A DNA stretch of 64,000 nt from Nymphaea colorata. Its lineage: Eukaryota. The position numbers and the translations under genes were made by a program. Below the pieces are notes generated by a model. It made no database searches. It saw nothing but the letters and a program-made list of their open reading frames with translations, and was not told the origin of the DNA. The DNA lies in assembly GCF_008831285.2 (NCBI RefSeq), contig NC_045138.2:2728001-2792000 (forward strand), written 5' to 3'. Shown here one piece after another: positions 19,560-32,072 of this stretch (positions are counted from its first letter, which is position 1; every line of letters begins with the position of its first letter).

Positions 19560-21853
19560 CCCTTTGCCGTGGTGGGTTTTTGGCTACGTCACTTGTAAGT
19601 CTATACATGACAGGAAAGGTAAAGTTGGAAACTATTGCAAACGATTGTTAACTTGAAAGAGGAAAGCAATATTTATGCCCAGTCTTCATGTCAAAACCAA
19701 CTAATTAGAAGCTAGGCTTCTTTTTTACATGCATGTTTAGTGTCATATCTATTTTTGAAGACGGTGAGCAATCCTAGTTATAAAATGTTGCAAGAGTTGA
19801 TCATATGAAACTCATTAACTTTTTATTCAAACCTTATAAAAGCATGTTGGGGAGTAATCCTGTTGCTGGAACAATTATGATACTTTCAATAGCTTATGAC
19901 GTCAAGGAAAATTATGCAATTTTGAAATTTAGCAAAGTATGCAGACCAGTTTATGTCTTTGACTAATTAATGTTGTTTAGTATTTTCTATCTACCATGAT
20001 TTTATAAGTAAGATTTGGCAAAAATTTCTTATTATATCGAACTTAATTCATGCAACTGCCCTAGGGAATTCTCATATTGCTTTATTATTGAAACCGAAAA
20101 TCAGTTCTGATTCATCCATGCACAATTCCGCCATTAAATCTTGCTACAATAAACGTACAAAATACGAAGGCCTTGCTACCATTATAATGTTGTATGCCTA
20201 ACAGAGAGAACCAATAAGTAGATGAATGAAATAATTAAACATCTACTTGGTTAGGTGTGCATGCATGTGCATGTCCATGTAAGGTTGACATCTAGCTGCT
20301 TAAAGCCATAAAAGTTTTTCTTTTTCTTTTTTTTTGAAGTTATATATGCTAATGCTAATAGTTGATGCACATTTGGTTAAAAAGTCCTACATTCATGTTA
20401 AAGAGCTCATATATTCAATAAGAATAATGATGCATGCAACCTAGCAGTGGCAAAGTCAGGATTTTTTGGTTGAGAGGTGTGCCAGTCACCAGCAAAGTTC
20501 TCATACGGGCACCCCATATAACCATAGCAGTGTAATTCTGAATTTTTAAAATGAAACTTTTGATGGAACGGTGTGGGCAATAACCCACACCAGCTCCCAT
20601 GTATCTTTGCCACTGTAATGTAGCATAATTCTTTCAAATAAAAAAAAAACAACCCTAGAAACAAAAAGACTCTTATGCAAGTCTAAGAAGAGACATAAGA
20701 ACCATGATGACCTAATTATCCTTAAGAAGATTTTCATAATTAAGCGTCGCCTGGAGGCTAATTGGCTGCAAATAGTACTTGAACACTGGAAACTATTGCA
20801 TGAGAAACTCATCACCTCTATCATAGGCATGCCTAACATGAGATGCTATCTTGTGTAGTTCTTCATTGACATATAAAAGAGGCACCTCAAAAGGTTGTTG
20901 AGTAGAAGCAACACTTGTTAATGTCCAATAAATCTACCCAACCATTTGCTCACTAATCGTTTGGGCTCTGCGTTTCAAAGATTTAGGCAGATTCATAGGA
21001 TACTAATTCTAGTGTTCCATGAGTCTACTTAAGTTTTGGGAGCAGATCATCGAGTACTCACGTAATGTCTCTGCTACCAAACAACATTTAAGTTAACAAA
21101 CAAGAAAACATTCACTGTGTTGGGTGCTTAAAAAAAGCTACATAATTCTGACCCCAAACACTGAGAGGTTGAGTGCTCGAATCAATTAGTTTAAGAACAT
21201 TTCATATCAATCACACCAAAGTAATTTGCATGTATCCCACAAGCAATTACAAATTTACATATCAACATGGTCGGTCGTGGCCCAGCCTCACCACTTAAGA
21301 TCAGATCAAGTCTATGTCTGATGAGAGCTAGCTGCTCCAAAGTGGCGGCAATGACCGGACCACTTTTGAGTTTGTGCCGGTAGAGTCAGTGTTTGATGAG
21401 AGACGGGATCTACAAAGTGGTAGAATTGTAGGAGTTTCCTCTTAAAATGGGAGGTATGATTTTACAATCTTGGGTTTCAAGTCCCACGTTGATTTGGTTC
21501 CATGTTAAGGAAATGGACTGAACTGGTACTTGTGTTTGGACTTGACACCTACCTTCCGACGAATAGTTTCATGTTTGCCAAGAAGTCTGTAGTTATAGAT
21601 GAGCTCGTATTGTTTCAAACCTATCTAGGCACATACAAGACTAATTTGTCCCACTTTTTGTATCAGTTCAATTGGGCTCTAAAGCTTCCTCCTTTCTAGT
21701 GAATGACCGGTTCATAACTTTTTTCAATTGGTTCATCAAAATTGACTGAAGCAGTTAAGAGCGAGTTATGGATTTAGCAACCTATTTGGCCAACAAGAAG
21801 CCACCTCAAAAAAGAAAAAAAAACTTAAAACTGGTTCCATGTAATATCTAGAT

Positions 21854-22617
21854 CATTCTCTGAGCTCCAAATTGGTGGTCATGACCGGACCACTTCAGAG
21901 TTTGTGTTTGTGGGGTCTGTGTTTAATAAAAGCTAAGAATTTCAAAATAGTGACAACGACCTGACCACTTTAAAGTTTGTGTCTGTAGAGTTTGTATTTG
22001 ATGAGAGCCACGAGCTCCAAACTGGTGGCAATGACCCGACGACTTCAGAGTTTGTGAATGTAGAGTCTGTGTTTGATGAGAACTGTGAGATCTAAGACTT
22101 TGTTTATATCATTCTATGAGCTCCAAATTGGTGGTCATGACCGGACCACTTCAGAGTTTGTGTTTGTGGGGTCTGTGTTTATTAAAAGCTAAGAATTTCA
22201 AAATAATGACAACGACCCGACCACTTTAAAGTTTGTGTCTGTAGAGTTTGTATTTGATGAGAGCCACGAGCTCCAAATTGGTGGCAATAACCCGACGACT
22301 TCAAAGTTTGTGAATGTAGAGTCTGTGTTTGATGAGAACTACGAGATCTAAGACTTTGTTTGTATCATTCTATGAGCTCCAAATTGGTGGTCATGACCGG
22401 ACCACTTCATAGTTTGTGTTTGTGGGGTCTGTGTTTAATAAAAGCTAAGAATTTCAAAATAGTGGCAACGACCCGACCACTTTAAAGTTTGTGTCTGTAG
22501 AGTTTCTATTTGATGAGAGCCACGAGCTCCAAATTGGTGGCAATGACCCGATGACTTCAGAGTTTATAAATGTAGAGTCTGTGTTTGATGAGAACTATGA
22601 GATCTAAGACTTTGTTT
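21854..22617 (+). repeat. Higher-order tandem repeat: 3 x 256 bp, each made of three 75-bp tail units plus the gene's stop-codon region
   Basis: tgagctccaaattgg recurs at 21861, 22117 and 22373 (period 256). Each unit ends gagatctaagactttgttt, versus gagctctaggactttgttt at the parent stop. Confidence 0.92.
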
Positions 22618-22860
22618 ATAGCAGTATAACTGGGCTGAAGTTGAGAATATTTTGTTTCTGCAATCCATAGGTGCAGCTGAATCGTTGCAGTTTGTATGTA
22701 ATTTCAACATTTGGAGTTATAAAGCATACCTTATTCTTGGTGCTCCTAATAATAATTATGGGTTCTTTATGAGGTGATGAGCATATACTCTTTCGTGAAT
22801 TGTCTTTTTCATGGGCTATTTGCATTGGTATTCAACATTATTCTTTTATAGTCTATGAGT

Positions 22861-25800
22861 TGCAGAGCCTACCTTATTCTTCATGCTCATAATAATACTT
22901 ATAGGTTCTTTTCCAAATGAAGGACATGGGGTGTTGAGCAACACTAAAGTTATCACAAGATTAATTTTATTTTACATTGTCAACATTAATAGTGCAAATA
23001 TCACTTATCATACTTGAAAAGGTTCTACATTATTAACCTATGAATGATGTATATAATCTACTTGGATACATAATAAAAGCCTACTACGCTGGAGTTCTTT
23101 GGGTTGAACCTCACTATATGCACATTGTATTGACATGCATATACCCTTTCATTAATATCTCTTTCATGGGTTATTTGTATTGGTATTTAACACCATACTT
23201 TTATAAACTATGTGTTACAAAACTTTCCGTATTCTTGGTGCACCTAATAATACTGCTCGGTTCTTTTCTAGATGTAGGACTTAGGGTGTTGAACAACACC
23301 AAGGTCTTCACAAGATTTATTTTGTTCACACTACCGTCATTAATAATGCAAATATCACTCATCATACTTGAAAAGTCTTTACATGGTCAACCTATGAGTA
23401 ATGTGCACAACCTACTTGGATACATAATTAAAACCTACTACGCTCGAGTTGTTTGGAGAAACCCTCACTATATGCGCAGTGCATTGACGTGCATATACTT
23501 TCATTAATTGTTTCTTTCATAGGTTATTTGCATTGGTATTCAACACCATAGTATTATAGACTATGACTTAAAGAGCCTACCTTATTCTTCGTGCTCATAA
23601 AAGTATTATTTTTCAAATGAAAGACATGGGGTGTTGAGCAACAATAAAGTTATCACAAGATTAATTTTGTTTTACAGTATCATCATTAATAGTGCAAATA
23701 TCACTCATCATATTTGAAAAGGTTCTACATTATCAACCTGTAAGTGATTTACACATCTACTTAGATACATAATAAAAGTCTACTACGCTCGAGTTCTTTG
23801 AGTTGACCCTCACTATATGCACATTGTATTAACGTGCGTATACCCTTCCATGAACTATCTCTTTCATGGGTTATTTGCATTGATATTCAATACCATACAT
23901 TTATAGATTATTAGTTATAAAGCCTACCTTATTCTTCGTGCTCATAATAATACTTATAGGTTCTTCTCCAAATGAAGGACATATGGTGTTGAGCAACACT
24001 AAGGTTATCACAAGATTAATTTTGTTTTACACTATCATCATTAATACTGCAAATATCACTCATCATGAAAAAGGTTTTACATTATCAACCTGTGAGTAAT
24101 TTACACAGTCTACTTAGATACATAATAAAAGTCTACTACGCTCGAGTTCTTTGGGTTGACCCTCACTATATGCACACTGTATTGACGTACATATACATTT
24201 TCATGAACTGTCTCTTTCATGGGTTATTTGCATTGATATTCAACACCATACATTTATAGATTATTAGTTACAGAGCCTACCTTATTTTTCATGCTCATAA
24301 TAATACGTCTTGGTTATTTTCCAAATGAAGGACATGGAGTGTTGAGCAACACGAAAGTCATCACAAGATTAATTTTGTTTTATACTATCATCATTAATAA
24401 TGCAAATATCATGCATAATGCTTGAAAAAATTTTATATTATCAACTTTTGAGTGATGTACACAATCTACTTGGATACATAAAAGTCTATTACGCTCGAGT
24501 TCTTTTGATTTACCCTCACTATATACACATTGTATTGACGTTCATATACTCTTTCATGAACTCTCTTTTATGGGCTATTCACATTTGTATTTAACACCAT
24601 ACTTTTATAGACTATAAGTTACAAAGCTTAACTTATTCTTTGTGTTCATAATAATACTTCTAGGTTCTTTTTCAAATGAATGACATATGGTGTTGAGCAA
24701 CATGGAGGTATATTGATTTTGTTTACACTACCATCATTCATATTGCAGTCATTCATCATACTTAGAAAGATTCTACATGATCAAACCTATGAGTGTTATA
24801 TACAATCTACTTAGATACATATTGAAAGCCTACTACACTCAAGCTCTACGGGTTGACCCTCACTATCTGCACATTGTATTGATGTGCATATACCTTTTTA
24901 TTAACTATCTCTTTAGTGAGTTATTTGCATTGGTATTAAACGTCATTCTTTTATAGACTATTAGTTACAAAGTCTACCTTATTCTTTGTGCTTATAATAA
25001 CACTTTTGGGTTCTTTTTCACTTGTAGGACATGGGTTGTTGAGCAACACCAAGGTGATCATAAGATTGATTTTCCTTACACTACAATCATTCATAGTGCA
25101 AATATCAAAGGTTCTACTTGAATAACCTATGAGTGATTTGCACAATTTACTTGGATACATAATAAAAGCCTATTACGCTCGAGTTCTTTGGTTTAACTCT
25201 CACTATATGCACATTGTATTGACATGCATATACTCTTTCTTGAATTGTCTCTTTTATGGGCTATTTGAAGTGGTATTCAACACCATTCTTTTATGCACTA
25301 TGAGAAGAATGGCCTTGGTTACTTAAAGGAGAAACAGTTTTTTGAACCATCCCAGAGAAAAATTGTAAGTAACAGCCTTTAATCTGGTAAATAAATGCAA
25401 AGAAGCTTATTTGTGTGAGTTTTCTCTTAAAATGAAAGTTAATTCAAATAAACTAGTTACATTTTTCATCAAGACAATTGTATGAGCTCCAAATTGGTGG
25501 CAATGACACGGCCACTTCAGAATTTATTTCTATAGAGTTTGTGTTCGATAAGAGTGAAGAACTCCAAAATATTGGCAATGACCCAGCAGCTTCACAGTTT
25601 ATCTGTAAAGCTTGTGTTTGCAGAACCTTCTTTATTCTTGGTGCGCCTAATAATACTTCTCGGTTCTTTTCTAGATGTAGAACATTGGGTGTTGAACAAC
25701 ACCAAGGTCATCACAAGATTGATTTTGTTTTCAGTACCATCATTCATAGTGCAAATATCACTCATCATATTTGAAAAGGTTCTACATGATCAACTTATGA

Positions 25801-26340
25801 GTGATGTGCATAACCTACTTGGATACATAATAAAAGCCTACTAATGCTCGAGTTTTTCGAGTTGACCCTCACTATATGCACATTGTATTGACGTGCATAT
25901 ACCCTTTCAGGAACTGTCTCTTTCATGAGTTATTTGCATTAGTATTCAACACCCTACCTTTATAGACTATAAGTTACAGAGCCTACCTTATTTTTTGTGC
26001 TCATAATAATACTTCTGGGTTCTTTTCCAAATGAAGGACATGAGGTGTTGAGCAGCACGAAGGTCATCACAAGATTGATTTTGTTCAAACTATCATCTTT
26101 AATAGTGCAAATATCACTCATCATACTTGAAAATGTTCTACATGATAAACTTATGAGTGATGTAGACAATCTACTTGGATACATAATAAAAACCTACTAC
26201 ACTTGAGTTCTATGGGTTGACCCTCACTATGTGCGCATTGTATTGGCGTACATATACTCTTTCATTAACTGTATTGGCTATTTGTATTGGTATTCAACAT
26301 CATTCTTTTATAGACTTGAAAATAACTGGCCTTGGTTTCT
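22861..26340 (+). repeat. Tandem array of ~350-bp units derived from coding nt ~1070-1420 of the membrane-protein gene (7 consecutive units plus 2 more)
   Basis: A unit start resembling cagagcctaccttattctt occurs near 22861, 23216, 23570, 23915, 24267, 24618 and 24964. Two more follow at 25619 and 25973 after a 3'-flank/75-bp-repeat interruption. Confidence 0.9.
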
Positions 26341-26374
26341 GAAAGTAGGAACAGTTTTTTGAATCATCCCCTTT

Positions 26375-27874
26375 AAGACTAATTCATCCTATTGTTTGTA
26401 TCGGTTCAATTGAGCTCTAAAGCTTCCTTTTTTCCAGTGAATGACCGGTTCATGACTTTTTTCAATTGGTTCATCGAAATTGTATGGTTGAAAGTAGTTA
26501 AGACTGAGTTATGGATTTGGCAACCCGTTTGGCTAATAAGAATATAAGATGGTGTCTCCAAAAAAAAAGCTTAAAACAGGTTCCATGTTCCATCTAGATC
26601 ATTTCATACGGTATAAAGCCATTTTAATAAATGGGCTTAGAGAGGGAGAGAGATAGAGAGTGTGTGTGTGTACGGACAAAAAAGTGATTCTTAGCTTTAA
26701 CAATGGTACAACACCTTTCAATATCATTAAAATAACATCATGCAAGTTTAGTACTGAGGATATGACTAACATACTCTATTGGAGAAATTCAACATTAAAA
26801 TGCAATAACTCACCGTCAGCAAGTAAGATGGACAACAAACGGCCCCATTATAAGGATGGGGTGAAAGGTGCGGATGGAGGCACGAGCCAGCTTGCAGGAA
26901 GAAACATAGTCATAGGGTCCAAAGCAGAGGTTCTACTCGTAGCAGAAGGGTCTTACAGCAGCCTTAGCCCAATAACCAGAGCCCAATAGTAAATGACCAA
27001 GCTACCCTTGGTGACCATAGTCAATTATATCACATTGAATCATCTACCCAAGGATAGTTAACTTACTAGAGAAATGAAATATTAGTGTGCAGTCATCAGG
27101 GTCAAAACCAACTAATTATAAGCTAGGTTTTCCTTTTACATGCATGTTTAGTTTCATATCTATTTTTGAAGACGGCCAGCAGTTCTAGTTATAAGACATA
27201 TGAGAGTTGGTCATATGAAACTCATTAACTGATTGTCCAAACCTGGTAAAGCATGTCAATTTGAAACCTGTTACCTATAATGTAACAGGTTATGTATCGT
27301 ATGAGAGTTGATCTATTTTGAAAATTTCAGTCGCGTATAACTTTAAAAAAAAATGCAATTTTCAAAATTTAGCCAAGGTGCAGTCCAGTTCAAATCTTTC
27401 ACTAATTAATGTTTTTTAGAGAATAAAACATTAATTGGATATATATATATACACATATATATATAGATATATATATATAGAACCAAGCGAGGAGATTGTA
27501 TTTAACAAAAGCGAGGTACAGGCAGCTGCCAAAAACATGACTCTAGAAAAGGAAACTACAAACTGTTGCTGGTTTCTAATTTGTGAGGAACAACTAATTT
27601 GGATCATAATCCGAGCTGGTTTTATCATCATTTCAAATTTAGCCAAGAAATTTAATCTCTTACCCTAGTGGCGGATGCTGATCTCCACAATCGCATTTAT
27701 ACGGTCTTCAATTAACAATCAGCAAACGGCAAGGTCAAGTTTGTCATTGACGTCGGTCGTCTGATATCCAGCCAAATAATTGACATCAAACAGCCCGTAT
27801 ATCGCCGACCTGTTGATCCGATAGTTCTAAGTGGGTCGAGTCATGCCAATGTAATCCAAATCATCTCAACATCT

Positions 27875-27936
<62 letters not shown>

Positions 27937-29512
27937 GTAGGTACTATACCATCATATGCCATATTTGATGGGCAATGTAACCCATTGATTTTAAATAAAT
28001 TTAGTGGTGGAAATATGCCTTTAATGGAGGAAACGAATAAGTTTCCTTGATTGAAAGTTTTTTCCTTCTCCTTTGAAGGCTATTTAAATAAGTTTCCTAT
28101 TATATATAATCTTATTTTTATGTGACTTTAAATTTAACCATATAAAATTATAAATGAATTTAATTTGTGTCTCCTACAATGCAGGAATTCGTAAGGGTGC
28201 AGAAATCAACAGCCTTAGGCTTGTTGAGTTTACACATGGAAAACAAGTTTTATGTGGACTACCATCACGTACATGTCACACAACACTAAGTAGAGTCCCA
28301 CGAGATTTGAAGCACATTTACATAGTTCCATGATAAATTTATGTTCACTTTCACACTAGTTCTCTCGTTTCCATGAGTTGATCTTCGAGACTAGCAATAA
28401 ATCCACTAGCTTTTAATCTCAGTGGATCAATTCATGTACACGATATTGCATGTAACTGGCTTTTTGCAACAAATTGCAAACTCATGGATCTTACAAGCTT
28501 GTATGTCCAGGAATAGGATTTTCTATGAATTTCAAGATTCCGCAAAGTTGCAAACATCAAGAATCTCAGGTTTGTTGAGTTTACACGGTGTAAGCAAGCT
28601 TTTATATATTTAAGGAATACTCTACTATGACTAATTAGACTCGTATATAGTAGTTTCAGATAAATTTTAGGGTTTTATAAAGTAGCCATTGTTTGTGCAA
28701 GTGATTGTTTATATCGAATATACATAAAGTGTGAGCTTGTGAGTCATTAATTTTTTTCTATTGTCAAACTATTGGCTATCATTCACATTTTTAGGAAAAT
28801 AACTTTTATCCGGACGCCTTGTAAACTATAAATCAATGTGATCAGATGGCTCGTAATTAGTTCATATAATTTTCATCTTGCATAAATTCAATATCTGCCA
28901 ATATGTGTGTGTGCAAATGACATACCAAACAGCGTGGTTGATGGTCTCGAGTGATATCTCAAGTTAAGAAAACAAAGAAACCGGTGCCGTCATACCAAAT
29001 TATACAGGATATTACATTGAAAACAAGGAAATTTTCATCCTTTATGCTCCTTACTTTTCATCTATTTTACTTCCACACCAACAGGACCCCAGTGACAGAA
29101 AGGGGCAACACGTTGGTGCTCTCTCCAAATGAAGTCTCTTTTACCAATTTGCACTAGGTTTGTTCATCTTATTATATTTATATATAATATATACATAGAT
29201 ATATGATTTTTACCCGAAAAGTGAAACCAGTTTGTTCGTCATTCCAACCAAACAGCAATTTTACCGTTGGAAATCTTCAGAACAAAACCAGTTTCTATAG
29301 CTAATTGTCAATTTATGCTCACGTTCTAGTCTTCGATAGCTGTTAATGAGAAATTTATACTCAACTCTTATATGCCTACCATAATGTAAGCAGCTAATTG
29401 TACCTACTGAGGAGTCCGTGGTTGAGGAGTACCACTTAAAGAAACAAGCAAACGCCACTGGAGCTAAAACCCCATAGTGGCAAAGGGGTTATGAAGATCA
29501 TATACTTGGATT

Positions 29513-29549
<37 letters not shown>

Positions 29550-29784
29550 CCTGGGCAATGGGTACTCGGCCAGATTAATGTTTCTTTATTACTTTTATTT
29601 AATAATATATATTATTAAAAATATATTTTATATTCAAAAAATTATTTTATATTTAAAAAATATTTTCCAATTTATTCAAACAGAGCCCAAGCTAGGGTTT
29701 AGAACATAAGGCCGATCCAAGCCCAACTTTTATCCGGGATCCGAGCCCAACTCTTATTAGGGCAGGCCGAACAGATGCCCAAAC

Positions 29785-29854
<70 letters not shown>

Positions 29855-31530
29855 AGCGCTTCATTGTACGTTAAATGATGGTTCTACATGTGACAAGAAA
29901 TGTAAAGTTGAAAACTATTGCAAACGATTGTTAACTTAAAAGAGGAAAGCAACAGTAATGCCCAGTTTTCAGTGTCAAAACTAACCAATTAGAAGCTAGG
30001 CTTCCTTTTTGCAGGCATGTTTAGTGTCGTACCTATTTTTGAAGACGGTGAGCAGTTCTAGTTATAAAATGTTTGAGTGATCATATGAAACTCATTAACT
30101 TTTTATTCAAACCTGTAAAAGCGTGTTGGGGAGTAAATCTGTTGCTGGATCAATTACGATACTTTCAATATCTTATAACGTCAAGGCAAATTATGAGATT
30201 TTGAAATTTAGCCAAACATGCATTCCAGTTTATGTCTTTCACTAATTAATGATGTCTAGTATCTTTTTATCAACCATGATTTTACTAGTAAGATTTGGCA
30301 AAAATTTTTATTATATCCAACTTAATTCATGCAACTGGCCTGGAGAATTCCCATATTGCTTTATTATTGAAACAAAAAATCAGTTCTCATTCATCCATGC
30401 ATAATTCCTCCTTTAAATCTTGATACTATAAACGTACAAAACACAAAGGCCTTGCTACCATTATAATGCTGCATGCCTAAGAGAGAACCAATAAGTAGAT
30501 GAAGGAATAATCAAGCATCTACGTGGTTAAGTGCGCATGCATGTACATGTACATGTCCACGTAACGTTTACATCTAGCTGCTTAAAGCCATAAAAGTTTT
30601 TCTTTTTTTTTTCTTTTTTTTGAAGTTATATATGCTTATGCTATTAATTGATGCACATTTGCATGCAACTTAAATGATATATGCGATGCAACTAACAAAG
30701 CAAATCATACCTCAAAATCAAATATCTCCATGAACTAGAAAAAAATAGTGTTAAAGAGTCCTACATGCATGTTGAAGAACTCATATATTCAATAAGAATA
30801 ATGACACATGCAAAGTAGCAGTGGCAGAGTTGGGATTTTTTGGTTGAGAGGGGCGCCAGTCACCCCCAAAGATATGGGCACCCCATATATAATCATAGCA
30901 GTGTAGTTTCTGAATTTTTAAAATGAAACTTTTGATGAACCGTGTGGGGAATAACCCGCACCAGCTCCCATGTTTCTCTGCCACTGTAATGCAGCATAAT
31001 TCTTTCAAATAAAGAAAGAAACAATAGAAGCAAAAAGGCTCTCATACAAGTTTAAGAAGAGACATGAGAACCATGATAACCTAATTATCCTTGAGAAGAT
31101 TTCCATAGTTAATCTTTGCCTGGAGGTTTATAGGCTGCAAATAGTACTTGGACACTGGAAACTACCACATGGGAACTCACCACCTCTATCATAGGCACGC
31201 TTAACATGGCATGCTATCCTGTGTAGTTCTTCATTAACATATAAAACAGGCACCTCGGTCGTTTAGCAGCAGAAACACTTGTTAATGTCCAATGATTCTA
31301 CCCAAAAGATTAGGGCAGATTCATCATGGGATGCTAGTTCTAGTGTTCCATGAGTCTACTTAAATCTCTGGGGCAGAACATTGGGTACTCACATAATGTC
31401 CCTGCTGCCAAACGACCTCCAAGAAAACAAACAAGAAAAACCTTCACTGCATTGGGTGCTTAGGTAAGGATGCATAATTCTAACCCCAAACAATGAGAGG
31501 TTAACAGCTCGAATCAAGTAGTTTAAGAAC
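26375..31530. repeat. Local segmental duplication, unit B
   Basis: Collinear with unit A but lacks the 15.2-18.6 kb hAT element, the 13.5 kb MITE and the inversion. Carries its own MITE at ~29546-29787. Confidence 0.9.
29546..29787. mobile_element. MITE (GCCTGGGCA...TGCCCAAACCTA ends) inserted in a (TA)n tract
   Basis: Imperfect TIRs, flanked by (TA)n on both sides. Absent from the paralogous (TA)n at ~19470-19555. Confidence 0.7.
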
Positions 31531-32072
31531 ATGTGTGCGGGTCCCACTAAGAGTTACAGATCAGGCATAACATGTGTCCTTTTACAGAAGATACTACCTA
31601 GGGTACTAAATCTCATCTGCTTCAATGATTCTGCGACTCGCCAGAAACCTGCTGCCAAACAGAGTTTAACAAACTCTACCTAACATATTTCTCTAAATAA
31701 GACTGCATCAAGACTAGCAAATAAATGCAAGAGATTATCCATAAAATATACTTGAACAAGATAGTTTAAAACAGGCACAATTTGAAGTCGCATAATTACC
31801 TCAACTTTCTCACTAAAAAAGGCCTACAACCCGACATAATTTTTTGCATCTAAAGTTAAAACACTTAGTGCTATATATACTAACATGCTAGGAACAACCA
31901 CTAAGACAAACCATACATCCTAAGAGTCACCACAAACCAAACATCATCAAAGTCACTACAAGTCAAACATCCCAAGAGTCAATTCCAGATCTTTGTTTCA
32001 AACAAGATGTATATTTTTTTAGCTAGAACATATGGCATCGGAAAATCTTGCACTCCATGTCATTTGTTCATA

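Larger units (their letters stand above)
12430..21210. repeat. Local segmental duplication, unit A (paralogous to unit B, 26375-31530)
   Basis: Collinear blocks by eye: 12540-13100~26375-26930, 13820-15233~27280-28715, 18660-19470~28725-29520, 19600-21200~29890-31530. Components also match 2515-3400, 9360-10980 and 37450-38886. Confidence 0.9.
21300..26345 (+). pseudogene. Fragmented, tandemly amplified pseudogenic copies of the 753-2153 membrane-protein gene
   Basis: Short ORFs repeat parent peptides such as HNLLGYIIKAYYARVL, HYMHIVLTCIYPF and NNTKVITRLILF, with stops and frameshifts. They are interspersed with copies of the 75-bp tail repeat and of the gene's 3' flank. Confidence 0.92.

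Noticed and set aside
23040..23507. 155-aa ORF as a functional paralogue of the membrane protein
   Set aside because: It spans two array units, passes through an out-of-frame stretch, and lacks the parent's N- and C-terminal TM segments.
21854..26340. Repeat arrays as a CRISPR-like repeat-spacer system
   Set aside because: Units are contiguous copies of the local gene's coding sequence with no unique spacers and no cas genes, in a eukaryotic context.
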